In this document: piece after piece, positions 1 to 11,272 of the stretch
Layout: each line of letters begins with the position of its first letter
Numbering within the stretch: the stretch's first letter is position 1
Source of the DNA: Trichomonas gallinae
Lineage: Eukaryota
DNA length: 47,525 nt
Assembly: GCA_008369845.1 (NCBI GenBank)
Contig: MRSU01003735.1
Location: 1-47,525, forward strand
Reading direction: 5' to 3'
The notes under the pieces: model-generated
What the model was told of the DNA's origin: nothing
Database searches by the model: none
The model's input: only the letters and a program-made list of their open reading frames with translations
Made by a program: the position numbers and the translations under genes

Positions 1-76
1 CCATGGGCGTCGCTCTGACTGGCTGATATGAAGCACTTTTTCAAATTTTGTAAACCATTCAAACCTACCCCCTTAA
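1..76. mobile_element. Right terminus of a TTAA-targeting DNA transposon (Kolobok-like); TIR 49-72, TTAA 73-76
   Basis: 49-72 TGTAAACCATTCAAACCTACCCCC matches the reverse complement of 47455-47478 at 23/24 nt and is followed directly by TTAA. Confidence 0.6.
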
Positions 77-129
77 TATTTAAAGACTAAAATCTACATC
101 AACATTAATTCCATGAAGTGAAAGAATTG

Positions 130-414
130 GTTTGATAATATTAATGATTGTCTTCATATTTGAAGCAATAAGTAAAGTTGTTTGATCATTCGTTTCCTAT
201 AATTGTCTGTTATAATAAATATTTTAAATGTAGAATGATATATTTTGATTTATTGGACTTATTATGATGTGTTTGAAGATATTAATGAATGTCTTTATGT
301 GAAGCAAGAATTAAAGTTGTTTGATGTCTCATTTTATACAATTGTCTGTTGTAATAAATATATATTATGTAAAATTTTTTTTGTGTTTTATTGGACTTAT
401 TGTGATGTGTTTGC
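130..414. repeat. Degenerate tandem duplication, ~141-bp unit x2
   Basis: TAAAGTTGTTTGAT, AATTGTCTGTT.TAATAAATAT and TTTATTGGACTTATT.TGATGTGTTTG each occur twice, about 140 bp apart. Confidence 0.8.
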
Positions 415-583
415 TATATGAATTATGGAAATCAAATCTGATCTCAAGCATCTAAGTGAGTTTGTTGTAAAATTGGAGTGTAATTATATAATTTTAGCAA
501 TACCTATTTCAATACAAAAAATAAAATGCGCTAAATCCTATGATATGTTTTCCAAAATAAATTAAGGTTATTCTTTAATAATT

Positions 584-1756
584 ATGCATGGATTTGGTAC
601 TTTAAGTCATAGAAACAAAATTTTGTCGACATGTCGAAGGACTTTTATATCACCGAAGAATCTATTCCTCCCTGATATATATGATATATTTCTAGCATGC
701 TTTGTTACTTTTATAACTTTTTCAATTTGGTTAATTACGGCAAAAAGATTCGGTTTTGACTCGATTTACACATTTTGGGATGCACCAAATTCACTCGTCT
801 GGATACAAGGATCATTAGACAACTCGGATGATTTATATACAATTTATTACGGAACATCAGCCAAAGATATCATGTTTCCACATTGCGGATACTATTTATA
901 CATGTACTTAATATATATTTTAGCTCTTGGTAGCTTTAAATATACTTTATTACTTTCTGTAATAATATCAGGCATCATATCAGTATATTTATTCAAGAGA
1001 TTACTACTTGTCTACAGACCAGTGAAAAATATCTTGTTTTCATGCGTCATTTTCTGCTTGGTTCCTTTACATACAGTTATGTATCGAGCAGTTCCAACGT
1101 ATGATACATTTTTCCTTAACGTAATCATGCTTGCTTTAATATTTGCGAAATGTGACCATCATATTCTTGCTGCTATTGCATCAATTTATGTATGCTTGAT
1201 CAGATTCGAAGGCGTTATTGTTCCAATAACATTGTTAATTGTAGAATCGTTTAAAAGGAATCTGCAAGCAGTTAGTTTTTACATGATAGCTATAATGATC
1301 GATTTATTTGTTTTGATATTACGATGTGATTGGAAATTTTTCATTGTTCCAAACCAACCTCATACAGTATCATATATTGACGTTCCGTACAATATAACAT
1401 TGACTCAGATTTCTTCAATTTCAAATTTAATGAAAGGAAATTCATATTTGATATCGCATTCATTATTCCTCCTTGGAGCAGGATTCCTTGTCTCTTCTTC
1501 TTTGCCACTTGCTATATTTTGCATTTTATGGGAAATATTTTATGCATCTCTAACAAACACAGAACCAATGAGATTCGCTATTCCGCTAATCACGTTTTCA
1601 ATAGTATGTGGCTTTGATATGTTATTCAATTCGAAAAATTCAAGATTTATTCTTGTTGTTTTGGCTCCGTTTTACATGTTTTTGGTATTGTTCGTATCTT
1701 CGTCACAATATCAAGCATATCAAGACTCCAAACAGATTTGGAATGCTTTTAGATAA
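584..1756 (+). CDS. Multi-pass membrane protein, GT-C-fold glycosyltransferase-like (PIG-V/PMT-like)
   Basis: 390 aa with about 10 hydrophobic segments; FWD after TM1, a (F)PxxG loop and an IRFEG motif typical of GT-C mannosyltransferase-like proteins. Confidence 0.6.
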   Translation: MHGFGTLSHRNKILSTCRRTFISPKNLFLPDIYDIFLACFVTFITFSIWLITAKRFGFDSIYTFWDAPNSLVWIQGSLDNSDDLYTIYYGTSAKDIMFPHCGYYLYMYLIYILALGSFKYTLLLSVIISGIISVYLFKRLLLVYRPVKNILFSCVIFCLVPLHTVMYRAVPTYDTFFLNVIMLALIFAKCDHHILAAIASIYVCLIRFEGVIVPITLLIVESFKRNLQAVSFYMIAIMIDLFVLILRCDWKFFIVPNQPHTVSYIDVPYNITLTQISSISNLMKGNSYLISHSLFLLGAGFLVSSSLPLAIFCILWEIFYASLTNTEPMRFAIPLITFSIVCGFDMLFNSKNSRFILVVLAPFYMFLVLFVSSSQYQAYQDSKQIWNAFR

Positions 1757-2345
1757 AATGTTTTGTTTTTTGTTTTTAATATACATATTTATTTGATTCA
1801 ATGCTACGTTCAAAATGAATTTTTATGAAATATTTCATGATACAAGTTGATAATATAATTTATTCTTCAATTACTAATGCATCAGCAATTGATACTCATC
1901 ATTGTGTGCCGCTTCTTTTTGCTTCAGACACTGAAGCAAATCTTTTGAGTTTTCTCAAATTATCTCGAAAATTAAAAAATTATTGTAAGCACATATTTTC
2001 AACTGGTGTAACGAGTCAATGAGGCTCCCATATATATTGTGAATGAGATGTGTTACAATGATTTTTGTCAAAGAAATTAAATTTTTCTTATTTAATATGA
2101 TTCGCGCTTTAAATGACAAAATATAAATATTTTACACAAGTACAGATATTATACGTCATTAACAATATTATCAAAATATATCAATAATATTTTGAATCAA
2201 TAAATACCAAATGAGATGAATTCATATTGTATAGCATTATTCAGGACGTGAAATATCTGGTAGCATTAATAAATAAGATGGTTTTGCTAATAAAACATGT
2301 TTATTTTGGTGATTTTTTTCGTCGGGAAATTTCAAAAAAGTGACA

Positions 2346-3680
2346 ATGAAGAACTGGACTGAAAATATATCAAATGATGGTAAAATATATTTCTACAACA
2401 AACAAACAGGAGAATCCACATGGGATGATCCACAGGAAGCGTCCGTCCCGCCTGAAAAGAAATGGCGACAAATGAAGGATGAAGAAAATCGAATTTATTA
2501 TTATAACATTGTTTCAGAGGAAACAACATGGGATAAACCAAGTACATACGATGAGAAGTGGGATAGAATGCAATTTATCAAAGAAGAGCGACAAAATTTT
2601 TTCATGATGTTAAGTAGTTCAGTTCCTCGCCAATTGAATCCAATATCACAACGTACTCCTGCTATATATACAATGGCAGAACTTACATCTCGTTTTGACA
2701 CGGATCCAAGATTAATCGCGACTCCACAGAAGAGGAGAGAAAGATATCTCGATGAGTGGCTTACATTAGAAAGAAAACGCCGCGTTGAACTGGAAAAGGC
2801 CATGATTTCTCATTCTATGGACATTGTGAGAGAAAGATTATTGCAAATGAGTCAACAAGGACAAATTACGATAAATACTAAATGGGAAGATGTCACAACT
2901 CTTCTAAAAACAGACCAAAATTGGCGAATTTTACTAAATTATGATAGAATTCAAGTTTTTAAAGATGTAATGAAAACCTTGTATCAAGATTACGATCAAC
3001 AATACAATGAAACTATGTCTGAAGTTCGAAAAATCGAAGCTACACGTAGGAAACAGTTCGAACTCGCTCTTTCAAAATTTTTAATGATTTCGAAAAAGAA
3101 TATAATTAATTTACAGTATTCAGACATAGAACAAGAAATATCCACATTACCAGAATACCAAGAACTTTTACAAAATGTTGCTGGAAGCACTCCAGAAGAT
3201 ATTTTTTATAATATTCAAGAAGATATTCAAAAAGATCTTGAAACACGCGCATTGTCAATTCAAATAACTGATGAACAACTTCAATTTGAGCCTTTTATTG
3301 AAGCTCATCAAGAAGAATTGAAAGATTTTAATGATGAAGAGAAAATTTTTATTTTTGAGTACTGCAGGATGAATTGTATATCATCAAGAGTAAATTCGCA
3401 AATACATGAGAAAGAAACAAGAAAAGCTCTGATGAATTTATATAAATTAACGCCACAGCTCGTATCATGTTCAAATTATCGTGCAGCAAAGGAACTACTT
3501 GGAAACAAAGTAGAATTTCTTGCTGTTGAGTCAGAAGACACAAGAAAAGAAATTTTCGATCAATTCGTGAAATGGAGCGAAAATAGAAAATGTGAACCTG
3601 GAGAAGTCTTGCCAGATGATAGCGACTGGGAGGATTTCAGCAATCTTTTTGAAAATGAAATCAAGAAAGATAATTTATAA
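2346..3680 (+). CDS. PRP40: WW- and FF-domain protein, PRP40-like splicing factor
   Basis: Two WW domains (WTENISNDGKIYFYNKQTGESTWDDP; WRQMKDEENRIYYYNIVSEETTWDKP) followed by helical FF-like repeats. First ATG at 2346. Confidence 0.8.
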   Translation: MKNWTENISNDGKIYFYNKQTGESTWDDPQEASVPPEKKWRQMKDEENRIYYYNIVSEETTWDKPSTYDEKWDRMQFIKEERQNFFMMLSSSVPRQLNPISQRTPAIYTMAELTSRFDTDPRLIATPQKRRERYLDEWLTLERKRRVELEKAMISHSMDIVRERLLQMSQQGQITINTKWEDVTTLLKTDQNWRILLNYDRIQVFKDVMKTLYQDYDQQYNETMSEVRKIEATRRKQFELALSKFLMISKKNIINLQYSDIEQEISTLPEYQELLQNVAGSTPEDIFYNIQEDIQKDLETRALSIQITDEQLQFEPFIEAHQEELKDFNDEEKIFIFEYCRMNCISSRVNSQIHEKETRKALMNLYKLTPQLVSCSNYRAAKELLGNKVEFLAVESEDTRKEIFDQFVKWSENRKCEPGEVLPDDSDWEDFSNLFENEIKKDNL

Positions 3681-4114
3681 TTTTATTTTGTTTGTTTGTA
3701 GAATACTATCACTAATAATTAAAATCATAATATTTTGTAACATGCTACATAAAAGCATAATATATTAAATCAATCACCAATAATTTAATTTGTAACAAAA
3801 TATTCTGCAACAATAGTAGAGTTGCTTCAAAACTAAACATAACGTAGCTTTTTATCAACATTTTTTGTTAGTATGCATTATAAGTTACAGGTTTTCGATG
3901 AAATATAAAACATCAAAATAAAAGATTAAATCAATGGAAAGGAATATGATATGGATTCATCTTTTATATATATATATTGATGTATTTTGGTGAGTATTTC
4001 AAACAATTTAAGAATTCGAATTGAAAATGATGAATTTTGATGTATTTGAACGGATAAACCATATAAAAATTTACAAACAACAAAAATTACATGATACAAG
4101 AAGAAAAAAACATA

Positions 4115-4711
4115 CTAACGGATAAATGTTAATGAATTTGGAATTCCGCAGTAGTCCATTACGGAAGCAGTGTTCGATATAAGTGACACTGGTTGTAATG
4201 GCTGTGAAATATCTATCTCTTGCTGGTCCTTAATAATATTTGATGATGAAATGTCCTCGTGTTCGACATCCAATTTCAGGTTGTTGTAGTAAGGTATCTG
4301 ATCAACAGAATTTCCCCACTGAACAATTTTCGGTTGATTTGATTTAACTTGTTTTCGCAATATTCTTATTTCATTTGGTGTTGGTAGTCGAGATTCTTGT
4401 CTAGAAACAGCTCTTCCGTATGAAGAGAATGGCTTTTTCGTTAGTGCCGTCTTCGGTCTTCGGGCAGAATTTGGACAAGATTTTGGTATCGAATCGATAT
4501 CTAATGGAATTGCTCTTTTTGGACCAGATTTAAGTGGAGAAAGCTTTGGTTGTAATCGTTTTGTATGATAACGAGTAGATTTTGGAGTAATTGGTGGCTC
4601 GGGTAATTCAGCTTGATCACTAATGAAATGGACAGGCATCATTGGTCTTGACACTTCTGTCTCGAATAATCCGTGATGATGCATATTGATTTCCGGAGTT
4701 ATAGATCGCAT
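4115..4711 (-). CDS. Hypothetical basic Pro/Ser-rich protein
   Basis: 198-aa ATG ORF, GC-richer than its flanks; no recognisable domain. Confidence 0.75.
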   Translation of the reverse strand: MRSITPEINMHHHGLFETEVSRPMMPVHFISDQAELPEPPITPKSTRYHTKRLQPKLSPLKSGPKRAIPLDIDSIPKSCPNSARRPKTALTKKPFSSYGRAVSRQESRLPTPNEIRILRKQVKSNQPKIVQWGNSVDQIPYYNNLKLDVEHEDISSSNIIKDQQEIDISQPLQPVSLISNTASVMDYCGIPNSLTFIR

Positions 4712-4766
4712 AATTTACTAACGTCTGAAAAATAAATATTTTACAAATAAATTTTTCTGAATGAGT

Positions 4767-4940
4767 TTTACATGGCAAAATTTCATAATTTTTGACATCT
4801 TACGAATTTTACGTGATAAATACTTGAAAATTGATTTTTGAATAATTTTACATGACAAAAGTTACCAAAATTCTGATAATTTATGATTTTACATGACAAA
4901 TATATCTGGATTTATGATAACGGATGATTTTACGTGACAA
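4767..4940. promoter_or_regulatory. Array of 5 TTTACRTG(A/G)(C/T)A motifs at ~40-bp spacing in a divergent promoter
   Basis: Copies start at 4767, 4808, 4847, 4888 and 4929. Confidence 0.6.
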
Positions 4941-4964
4941 AATTTACTAATTTTTTGAAAATTG

Positions 4965-5983
4965 ATGAATGATGAGCTAGAAAAAATGAGAGCTCATAAT
5001 AAAAAGCTAAAAGACAAGATCAAAGAGCAGTATCAAGTCTTCCAAGAAGAGAAGAACAAACTGAAATCAATGAATCAAGCACTTAGAGCAGAATTATTTT
5101 CTGAACAGTCCAAAAACAAAGCAATTATAGAACAGTTCAACGCAAAGTTACGTGACATGGAGCAAAGATTAGCTTTACAACATAATATGTCTCAATTATC
5201 GCCTTCGAAATCACCACAAAAACGTTATTTTGCCAATCCATCTAGATTTGATGCTTTAGAGGAAAGAAGTAGGATATTATCTCAGCAGGCTGATGAAATC
5301 TTGTTTCGGTGTAGGTCAGCAAATCCAAATGCATTTGATCATTCTTATTTTAAGGAAAATTCAAAACAAACAATAGAAACAACGATAGATATCCATATCA
5401 AATCGACTCTTTTTCAACAGACATAAATCCGACTGATAATAAAATTTCAATTGGAATTGAAGCATCTGATTCAATCACACATTCAAATATATATGAATTT
5501 GATTCAGATAACTACCAGGAACAGATCGAACAGCCTCAAGACAATTTTTCAGATAATGATGTTACTAATGATTCAATAATGTCAAGTTTTATTGTCAATA
5601 AGTCATCAATGTCATCAAGCAGACTTAAAACATTGAGTTCTTCTCCTGATTCTCCTCAAGATGACACAAATCAGTCTAGAAACTCTTCTGAAGTAGAAAG
5701 GAATGTGACAAAACGAAACAAGATGCGGAAGAGTCCAATAAGAAGTCAAAAAGAGAAACAAAATGAAATTGAACCTCAAATATCAGATATTTTCAGAAAC
5801 CCAAAAAGATCTGCACCAGAAAAGAAAGAAAATGCAAAATCCCCGGGCTTTGAATTTAATGAAGGATCTATATTTGATCCATTCAACGAAATAAGCAACA
5901 TTCAAGATGATGCGCTCTCTGGTTTCCAAATTTCCGGAATTATGGATGCTAAAGACGAATTTTTAAATGAAGAAGAAAATTGA
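4965..5983 (+). CDS. Coiled-coil/Ser-rich hypothetical protein split by one frameshift (ORFs 4962-5426 and 5579-5983)
   Basis: The frame of the second ORF is open back to 5354 and overlaps the first ORF; coding-like composition is continuous across the junction. Confidence 0.6.
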
Positions 5984-6417
5984 AAATGATTTATCATTGT
6001 CATTAATGCTTTTTGAAATAATATAACATCCAATTACTTCAATATTTATATTTGTTATTGTTTTTATCATGTAAATATTCTTAATTAGATATAATATTCA
6101 CAAAGCAATTGTCATTAACAATACTTCCAGTAAAAAATGAGCTTACATATAAAAATTAATGAGAATAGAAATCTCTGCTTCAAATTTCGGCAATTTTTCA
6201 TAGATTATTTCCAATCTTTTGATTTCTGTCATTTAATCAGCAATTACTAGTTTCTGATAGTGCATCTATTTTGTTTCTAACATTGGATATTTCGCAGTTG
6301 CCTTTGAGATTTTTCATTTGTGCGATTCTTTCTTCTAACTTGATAAAATTAGATAATAATTAATTAAATGTACAATTTTGGTCATAAATAATGAGATGTA
6401 ATACATTAAATAAACAT

Positions 6418-6900
6418 TTATTGAAGAAGAAATATTGCAATAACACTTATTATGAGAATAACAAGCCAAATTAATAAGAAAACTTCCTTTTTCATTTCCA
6501 TTTGGGTGTTAGTTGATTTCTTTAAAATAGGACTTGGAATTCTTTCTCTAATTGATGGACTGGAAACTCTTGGTGCAGGAGTTTCAGGAATTTCAGCAAT
6601 AGGTGAATCAATTGCAATTGGAGTGTTTCCTCGTGAATAAACTTTAACTGGTGTTGGTGAATCATCGAAAACTGAAGCTGGAATGGATTTCTGTGGTGTT
6701 TGCATATTAGTAGCTTCTATTGTAACATGCTTTGTTTGTTTTGGTGAATTTAATGTTTTTTGCAGTTCTTTTTGTATTATTGAAACTAATTGAGCTTTTG
6801 TAGCTCTTCCTCCAATGGATAAATTATATTTTTGAGCTATTTGTCTTAATTCTTGAACAGTCATAGAAGAAAGATTCGCGCCATCAATGAGCGAATCCAT
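6418..6900 (-). CDS. HeH/SAP/LEM-like domain protein with C-terminal TM anchor
   Basis: N-terminal LSSMTVQELRQIAQKYNLSIGGRATKAQLVSII, an SP/TP-rich linker and a hydrophobic C-terminal helix. Confidence 0.7.
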   Translation of the reverse strand: MDSLIDGANLSSMTVQELRQIAQKYNLSIGGRATKAQLVSIIQKELQKTLNSPKQTKHVTIEATNMQTPQKSIPASVFDDSPTPVKVYSRGNTPIAIDSPIAEIPETPAPRVSSPSIRERIPSPILKKSTNTQMEMKKEVFLLIWLVILIISVIAIFLLQ

Positions 6901-7137
6901 TCATTTAACTTTTGACATTTTCCTGCCATTTGTCAAAAATAATTAATAAACGGTCATGGTCTGATTTTACATGACAAATTTACATAGTTATCTGAAATCG
7001 CAAGAATTACTCGAATAACAACATACTTTTGTGAATATCTAATGAATAAGTAGGCTGTGATTCATGAAAATTGTCTAAATAATAACTAGGATTCAAAAAT
7101 GTAAATGATATTTATTACTTAGACAAGAAAAATAAAA

Positions 7138-8655
7138 TTAGTTGAAGCTAAATGGATCACCGTCGCCTTCCTCCTCCTCGTCATCATCAAATCTGTAGGA
7201 CATATCATCATCGCGGCCTGTTGGAGAGTCTAATCCATGGGCATTGGCTTCAGAAGTGTTGTGAGGCTGTGTGATCATGAAGTTGCCTCCATCATCCATC
7301 TGGACGTCGATGTCGAAATCCTCTTCTTCGCCGAAGTTGTCGTCAAACTCCTGGCTTCCTTCAGCGGAGTTTGGAGCGGCAGCAACTCCATGCTGTGGCT
7401 GCTCATCATCATCGAACTCATCAAAAACGTCCTGAATTTCTTCCTCTTCATCATCATCAACAGCCTTTGGAGCTGGCTGGACTGGCTTGACCTGAGCTGG
7501 AGCAGGCTTAGCCTGTATAGGTGCTGGCTTATCATCTTCGTCGCTGTCGCCCATGTCAATCTCGAAGTCAGCATCATCGTCTTCCTCTTTGACTGGTGAT
7601 GCTGCTGGCTTGGCTGGCGAAGATGTTGGCGACTTGACTTGAGACATAATTGGTTTTTGGGCTTCTTCGTCTTCATCATCATCGCCAAGATCAATTTCCA
7701 TATCTTCATCATCGAAAACGTCTTCATCATCATCCTTTGCTGGAGCTGGAGCTGGCTTAGGAGCTGCTGCTGGTGTTGGAGCTGGCTTGGCTGCAACTGG
7801 AGCTGGCTCTGGCTTCTCTTCGTCCTCTTCTTCGTCATCATCAATATCGAATTCAACATCTTCGATATCATCACTATCTTGTTTGATGACTGGCTGTGCC
7901 TGCTCCTTAACTGGTGCTGGAGCTGGTTTTGGCTGTTCTTTAACTGGTGTTGGAGCTGGTTTTGGCTCTTCCTTGACCTGAGTTGGCTTCTGTTCCTCAT
8001 CGTTATCAGAGTCATCTTCCAAATCAATCTCGAAATCAACATCATTATCTTTCTCGTCATCAGAAGGCTTCTTTCCACCGAGAGAAAGCTTAGCTTCAGC
8101 ATTTCCAACCTTAAGGTTCAAGCCGAAGCCGGATTTTGGCTCCTCCTGCTTTGGTTTTGGCTGATCAACTTGCTTTGGCCTTTCCTGTGCCTTTGTAGCT
8201 TCTTGGGCATTCTTTTCTCCGTTTAATTTCTCGTCGATATTTGCAGCATCGTACAAATATTCAATTCTCTCCTGAATTGAATCTGGTTCGTAACCGTAAT
8301 TTGTAATAAGCTCTGTAAGATACTTATCAACATCGTCGTCGTTACTATATTGCTCGAAGACTGGCTCCTCACCTCCAGCTCTTTCAAGTTCGATTGTTTG
8401 GTTCGTTAAATCTAAATTCAAACTCGAAAGATAGTCTAAAACTACCTTATTTGCGATATGCCATGCTTTAGATTCTTTTGATTTGAAACTTGGCTGGTAA
8501 TACTTCAGCTTTCTGTTATCTGATTGCTTTACTTCTTCAGTGATTAAGTTAATAAACTGAGCTTGGAAGTGGTTTGGCCATCCGCAGCTTTTCATGTACT
8601 CAGATGCTTCCTCCACAAGAGATGCACTATCAATCTCTGAGTTAGAATTGCTCAT
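7138..8655 (-). CDS. Acidic, Pro/Ala-rich low-complexity protein with N-terminal LisH-like motif
   Basis: NKVVLDYLSSLNLDLTNQTIELE resembles LisH; repeated D/E-F-(E/D)-I-D acidic motifs alternate with PAP linkers; strong codon bias. Likely start ATG 8655 (in-frame ATG also at 8700). Confidence 0.75.
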   Translation of the reverse strand: MSNSNSEIDSASLVEEASEYMKSCGWPNHFQAQFINLITEEVKQSDNRKLKYYQPSFKSKESKAWHIANKVVLDYLSSLNLDLTNQTIELERAGGEEPVFEQYSNDDDVDKYLTELITNYGYEPDSIQERIEYLYDAANIDEKLNGEKNAQEATKAQERPKQVDQPKPKQEEPKSGFGLNLKVGNAEAKLSLGGKKPSDDEKDNDVDFEIDLEDDSDNDEEQKPTQVKEEPKPAPTPVKEQPKPAPAPVKEQAQPVIKQDSDDIEDVEFDIDDDEEEDEEKPEPAPVAAKPAPTPAAAPKPAPAPAKDDDEDVFDDEDMEIDLGDDDEDEEAQKPIMSQVKSPTSSPAKPAASPVKEEDDDADFEIDMGDSDEDDKPAPIQAKPAPAQVKPVQPAPKAVDDDEEEEIQDVFDEFDDDEQPQHGVAAAPNSAEGSQEFDDNFGEEEDFDIDVQMDDGGNFMITQPHNTSEANAHGLDSPTGRDDDMSYRFDDDEEEEGDGDPFSFN

Positions 8656-8857
8656 TTTTTTACTCTGTTGATTTTTTGTACGTTTACTTTGTAAAAACAT
8701 TAACTAGCCAACGAAATTAAATTTGGACAACAAAAATTAAATCTTTATGTATAATGTAATATTAATATTGATTTATTTTTGATTTTCCTCAATACGAAAT
8801 TAAAATTTTAAATTTAAAAGAAAAATCTTTTAAAAAATTTTACATTATTTAGTTGGA

Positions 8858-11272
8858 ATGAATGTTTCGGAAATTATTGGTTATTTGGGATGCGACAATG
8901 ACCATCTTAGAGAGCAGGCACATAACATAATACTAGATAACAAGGAAAATATCGAGTTTGTTGATGGAATTAAGTCGATTTTATTAAATCAAAATCCAAA
9001 TCTTGAACTTGTATTCATTACAGTTAAGACAATAGATTTCTATCACATTTCATTAGATATTGAATCATGTATTTCTTTATACAACTTAGTAATTCACAAA
9101 GATATCAAGTATTTTCAGCCTCTAAGGTTTGCTATAGCAAATTACGTATCAAAACAGCTTACAATAGAGAATATTCCTTATTTGCTGCAATTTTTCGATA
9201 AGTATCCGCAAGATATTTTATATGCATGTTTTTTATTAACAAATGAACATGATCCGAAGACATTTCCAGAACCATTACTGACATTATGCATCAATATTAT
9301 TAATCAATCTGATGATATCTATCTTCTTACAATAGCTGCAAAAATTGCTGCAAAAAATGATGTTGCAGCCAATATATTGATGCAGAGAACAAATGAGATA
9401 TATCAAAATGAAATTACATATCAAAATTATCCAGTTTATCAAGAATTATTCCCAATTTTCCAATTAAATCCAGAATCTCAAGAGTTAATCAATTTTGTAC
9501 AGCAAAAAATTATAGAACTATCCAACCTGGCACCATTTGCTAAGTCAGAACTTGACACTCTTCATGATTTATATGATATCTCGGAATTTGGATATTTATT
9601 GGTGAATTGGCTCAATATGTTGCTAATAAACGAACCTGAGTTTGATGAAGAACTTGAAAACGATGATTCATGGTCAATAAACAAAGAAGAAATTTATCCT
9701 TACATATGCAGGCTTTGCATGCTATCTGTAGATGATAAAGAACAATTAATTAATGATCCAGAAGCTTTTGTGCTTTTTTCTGACTATTTCGCTTTCAATG
9801 ATTTTGATGAAAACAAACGCGAAATTTCTTTGAGATATGAGTGCTCAGAGTTCCTAGGATTGGTTGGGTTAGACGTTTTATGCGATTTATCTGTCGAATT
9901 AATGAATTCAAATCCAGAATTGCAAGAACCAATTTTATACATGTATGGACAAAACACTAACAAGGTAGTAGATTATATACCAACAATAGCACTGCCAGAT
10001 ACTATTTCTGATGATATTTTAGCTTATGCGAATTTTATTCCTTTAGCAGCATTAACAGGTAAAATAGAGATAAATGATTTACAAAGTTTTCTCACAAGTG
10101 AGCATTTTCCTGTAGTTCTTGCAGCATGCAGAGGCATTTCTAAGAATATAATTTATTCAGAATTGTGTTTGCCGGCAATTTCTAGAGTTTTCGAGATGTT
10201 TGACTTGTTTGAGACAGGAATTGTCTGTGTTTTTCTAGATTTGATTCACGAATTATTGGAAAAATACAAAATAGAGGACATCGAAGTTCTAAGCCAATTC
10301 TTTGAAATGCTTGCGCATATAACTACTGTTTTTCGCGATCCTGAGACAATTAATGTAGTATCGAGAATTTTGTTCGATTTTACTTCAAAATCTAATTTTT
10401 ATCCAATAATTTTCGAAGCATTTCTTCCTGTTATTTCGTCTTTCATGGAAAACACCGACTCAGCTTATTTAGCTCTCCAAATAATTTCATATCTTTTCGA
10501 AAAGCTGCCAATTGAAGGAGTTGAACTGCCAGATTCTTCAGTTATTCGCAATTTTATTGTTACATTCGCTCAATCTGAACTTAATGACATTTCTCATTCT
10601 ACATTGATTTTTCTCGCAAAATCTTTCTGCTATTTGTGCAGAGTTGGCTTTGTAGAAGAAACTTTGTCTTTCATTCTATATTTAATTCCAATTGCTCTTG
10701 AAAAATATCAAATTTCTTTTATTGGAAGCTTAATTGCTGATTACATTACAATAGCAAACGATCCGTTACAGATGATATCACATTTACTCGAGATTTCAAC
10801 CGAATATTTGAAAATTGCGAATGATCAAAAGTTTAATCATTGTGTATTAAGATTTATTGGCGCAATAATAGGATTTTATATTACACAGCATGGAGAAATT
10901 CCAATAAATCAACAAATGATCAACCTCGCAATCTTTGATCTTGAAGTTGCTGAGTTATATGCATCTAGATTCGAATACTTGCTATTGATTACGTTCCTCT
11001 TGAAAGTACACCCAGATACAAACCTAGTTCACGCTCATTTACAAGAATATCTTCAAAAAATTTTCTATAGTCTTTCAAATGGAGAGATTTTAGCTGACAG
11101 TCAATACACAGACTTTTTCCCTACAGACCCTATCATTTCTTCACATAATTTCTCAAATATTACTATTTATGGGTTCATGAAGTCTCTTTACGTTCAAGAA
11201 TGCCCAGAATACATACCAAAATGGCTTGACGACCACAAAATGTACTTTATGGATGAAAGATTCGATATGTGA
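8858..11272 (+). CDS. Acidic HEAT/ARM-repeat protein, divergent importin-beta-like
   Basis: 804 aa, all-helical Leu/Ile-rich and acidic; LREQAH near the N terminus and an LSVDDKEQLINDPEAFV segment reminiscent of importin-7/8/9/11. Confidence 0.6.
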   Translation: MNVSEIIGYLGCDNDHLREQAHNIILDNKENIEFVDGIKSILLNQNPNLELVFITVKTIDFYHISLDIESCISLYNLVIHKDIKYFQPLRFAIANYVSKQLTIENIPYLLQFFDKYPQDILYACFLLTNEHDPKTFPEPLLTLCINIINQSDDIYLLTIAAKIAAKNDVAANILMQRTNEIYQNEITYQNYPVYQELFPIFQLNPESQELINFVQQKIIELSNLAPFAKSELDTLHDLYDISEFGYLLVNWLNMLLINEPEFDEELENDDSWSINKEEIYPYICRLCMLSVDDKEQLINDPEAFVLFSDYFAFNDFDENKREISLRYECSEFLGLVGLDVLCDLSVELMNSNPELQEPILYMYGQNTNKVVDYIPTIALPDTISDDILAYANFIPLAALTGKIEINDLQSFLTSEHFPVVLAACRGISKNIIYSELCLPAISRVFEMFDLFETGIVCVFLDLIHELLEKYKIEDIEVLSQFFEMLAHITTVFRDPETINVVSRILFDFTSKSNFYPIIFEAFLPVISSFMENTDSAYLALQIISYLFEKLPIEGVELPDSSVIRNFIVTFAQSELNDISHSTLIFLAKSFCYLCRVGFVEETLSFILYLIPIALEKYQISFIGSLIADYITIANDPLQMISHLLEISTEYLKIANDQKFNHCVLRFIGAIIGFYITQHGEIPINQQMINLAIFDLEVAELYASRFEYLLLITFLLKVHPDTNLVHAHLQEYLQKIFYSLSNGEILADSQYTDFFPTDPIISSHNFSNITIYGFMKSLYVQECPEYIPKWLDDHKMYFMDERFDM

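Noticed and set aside
7237..8226. Overlapping Trp/Met-rich ORFs
   Set aside because: They are shadow frames of the codon-biased low-complexity gene at 7138-8655.
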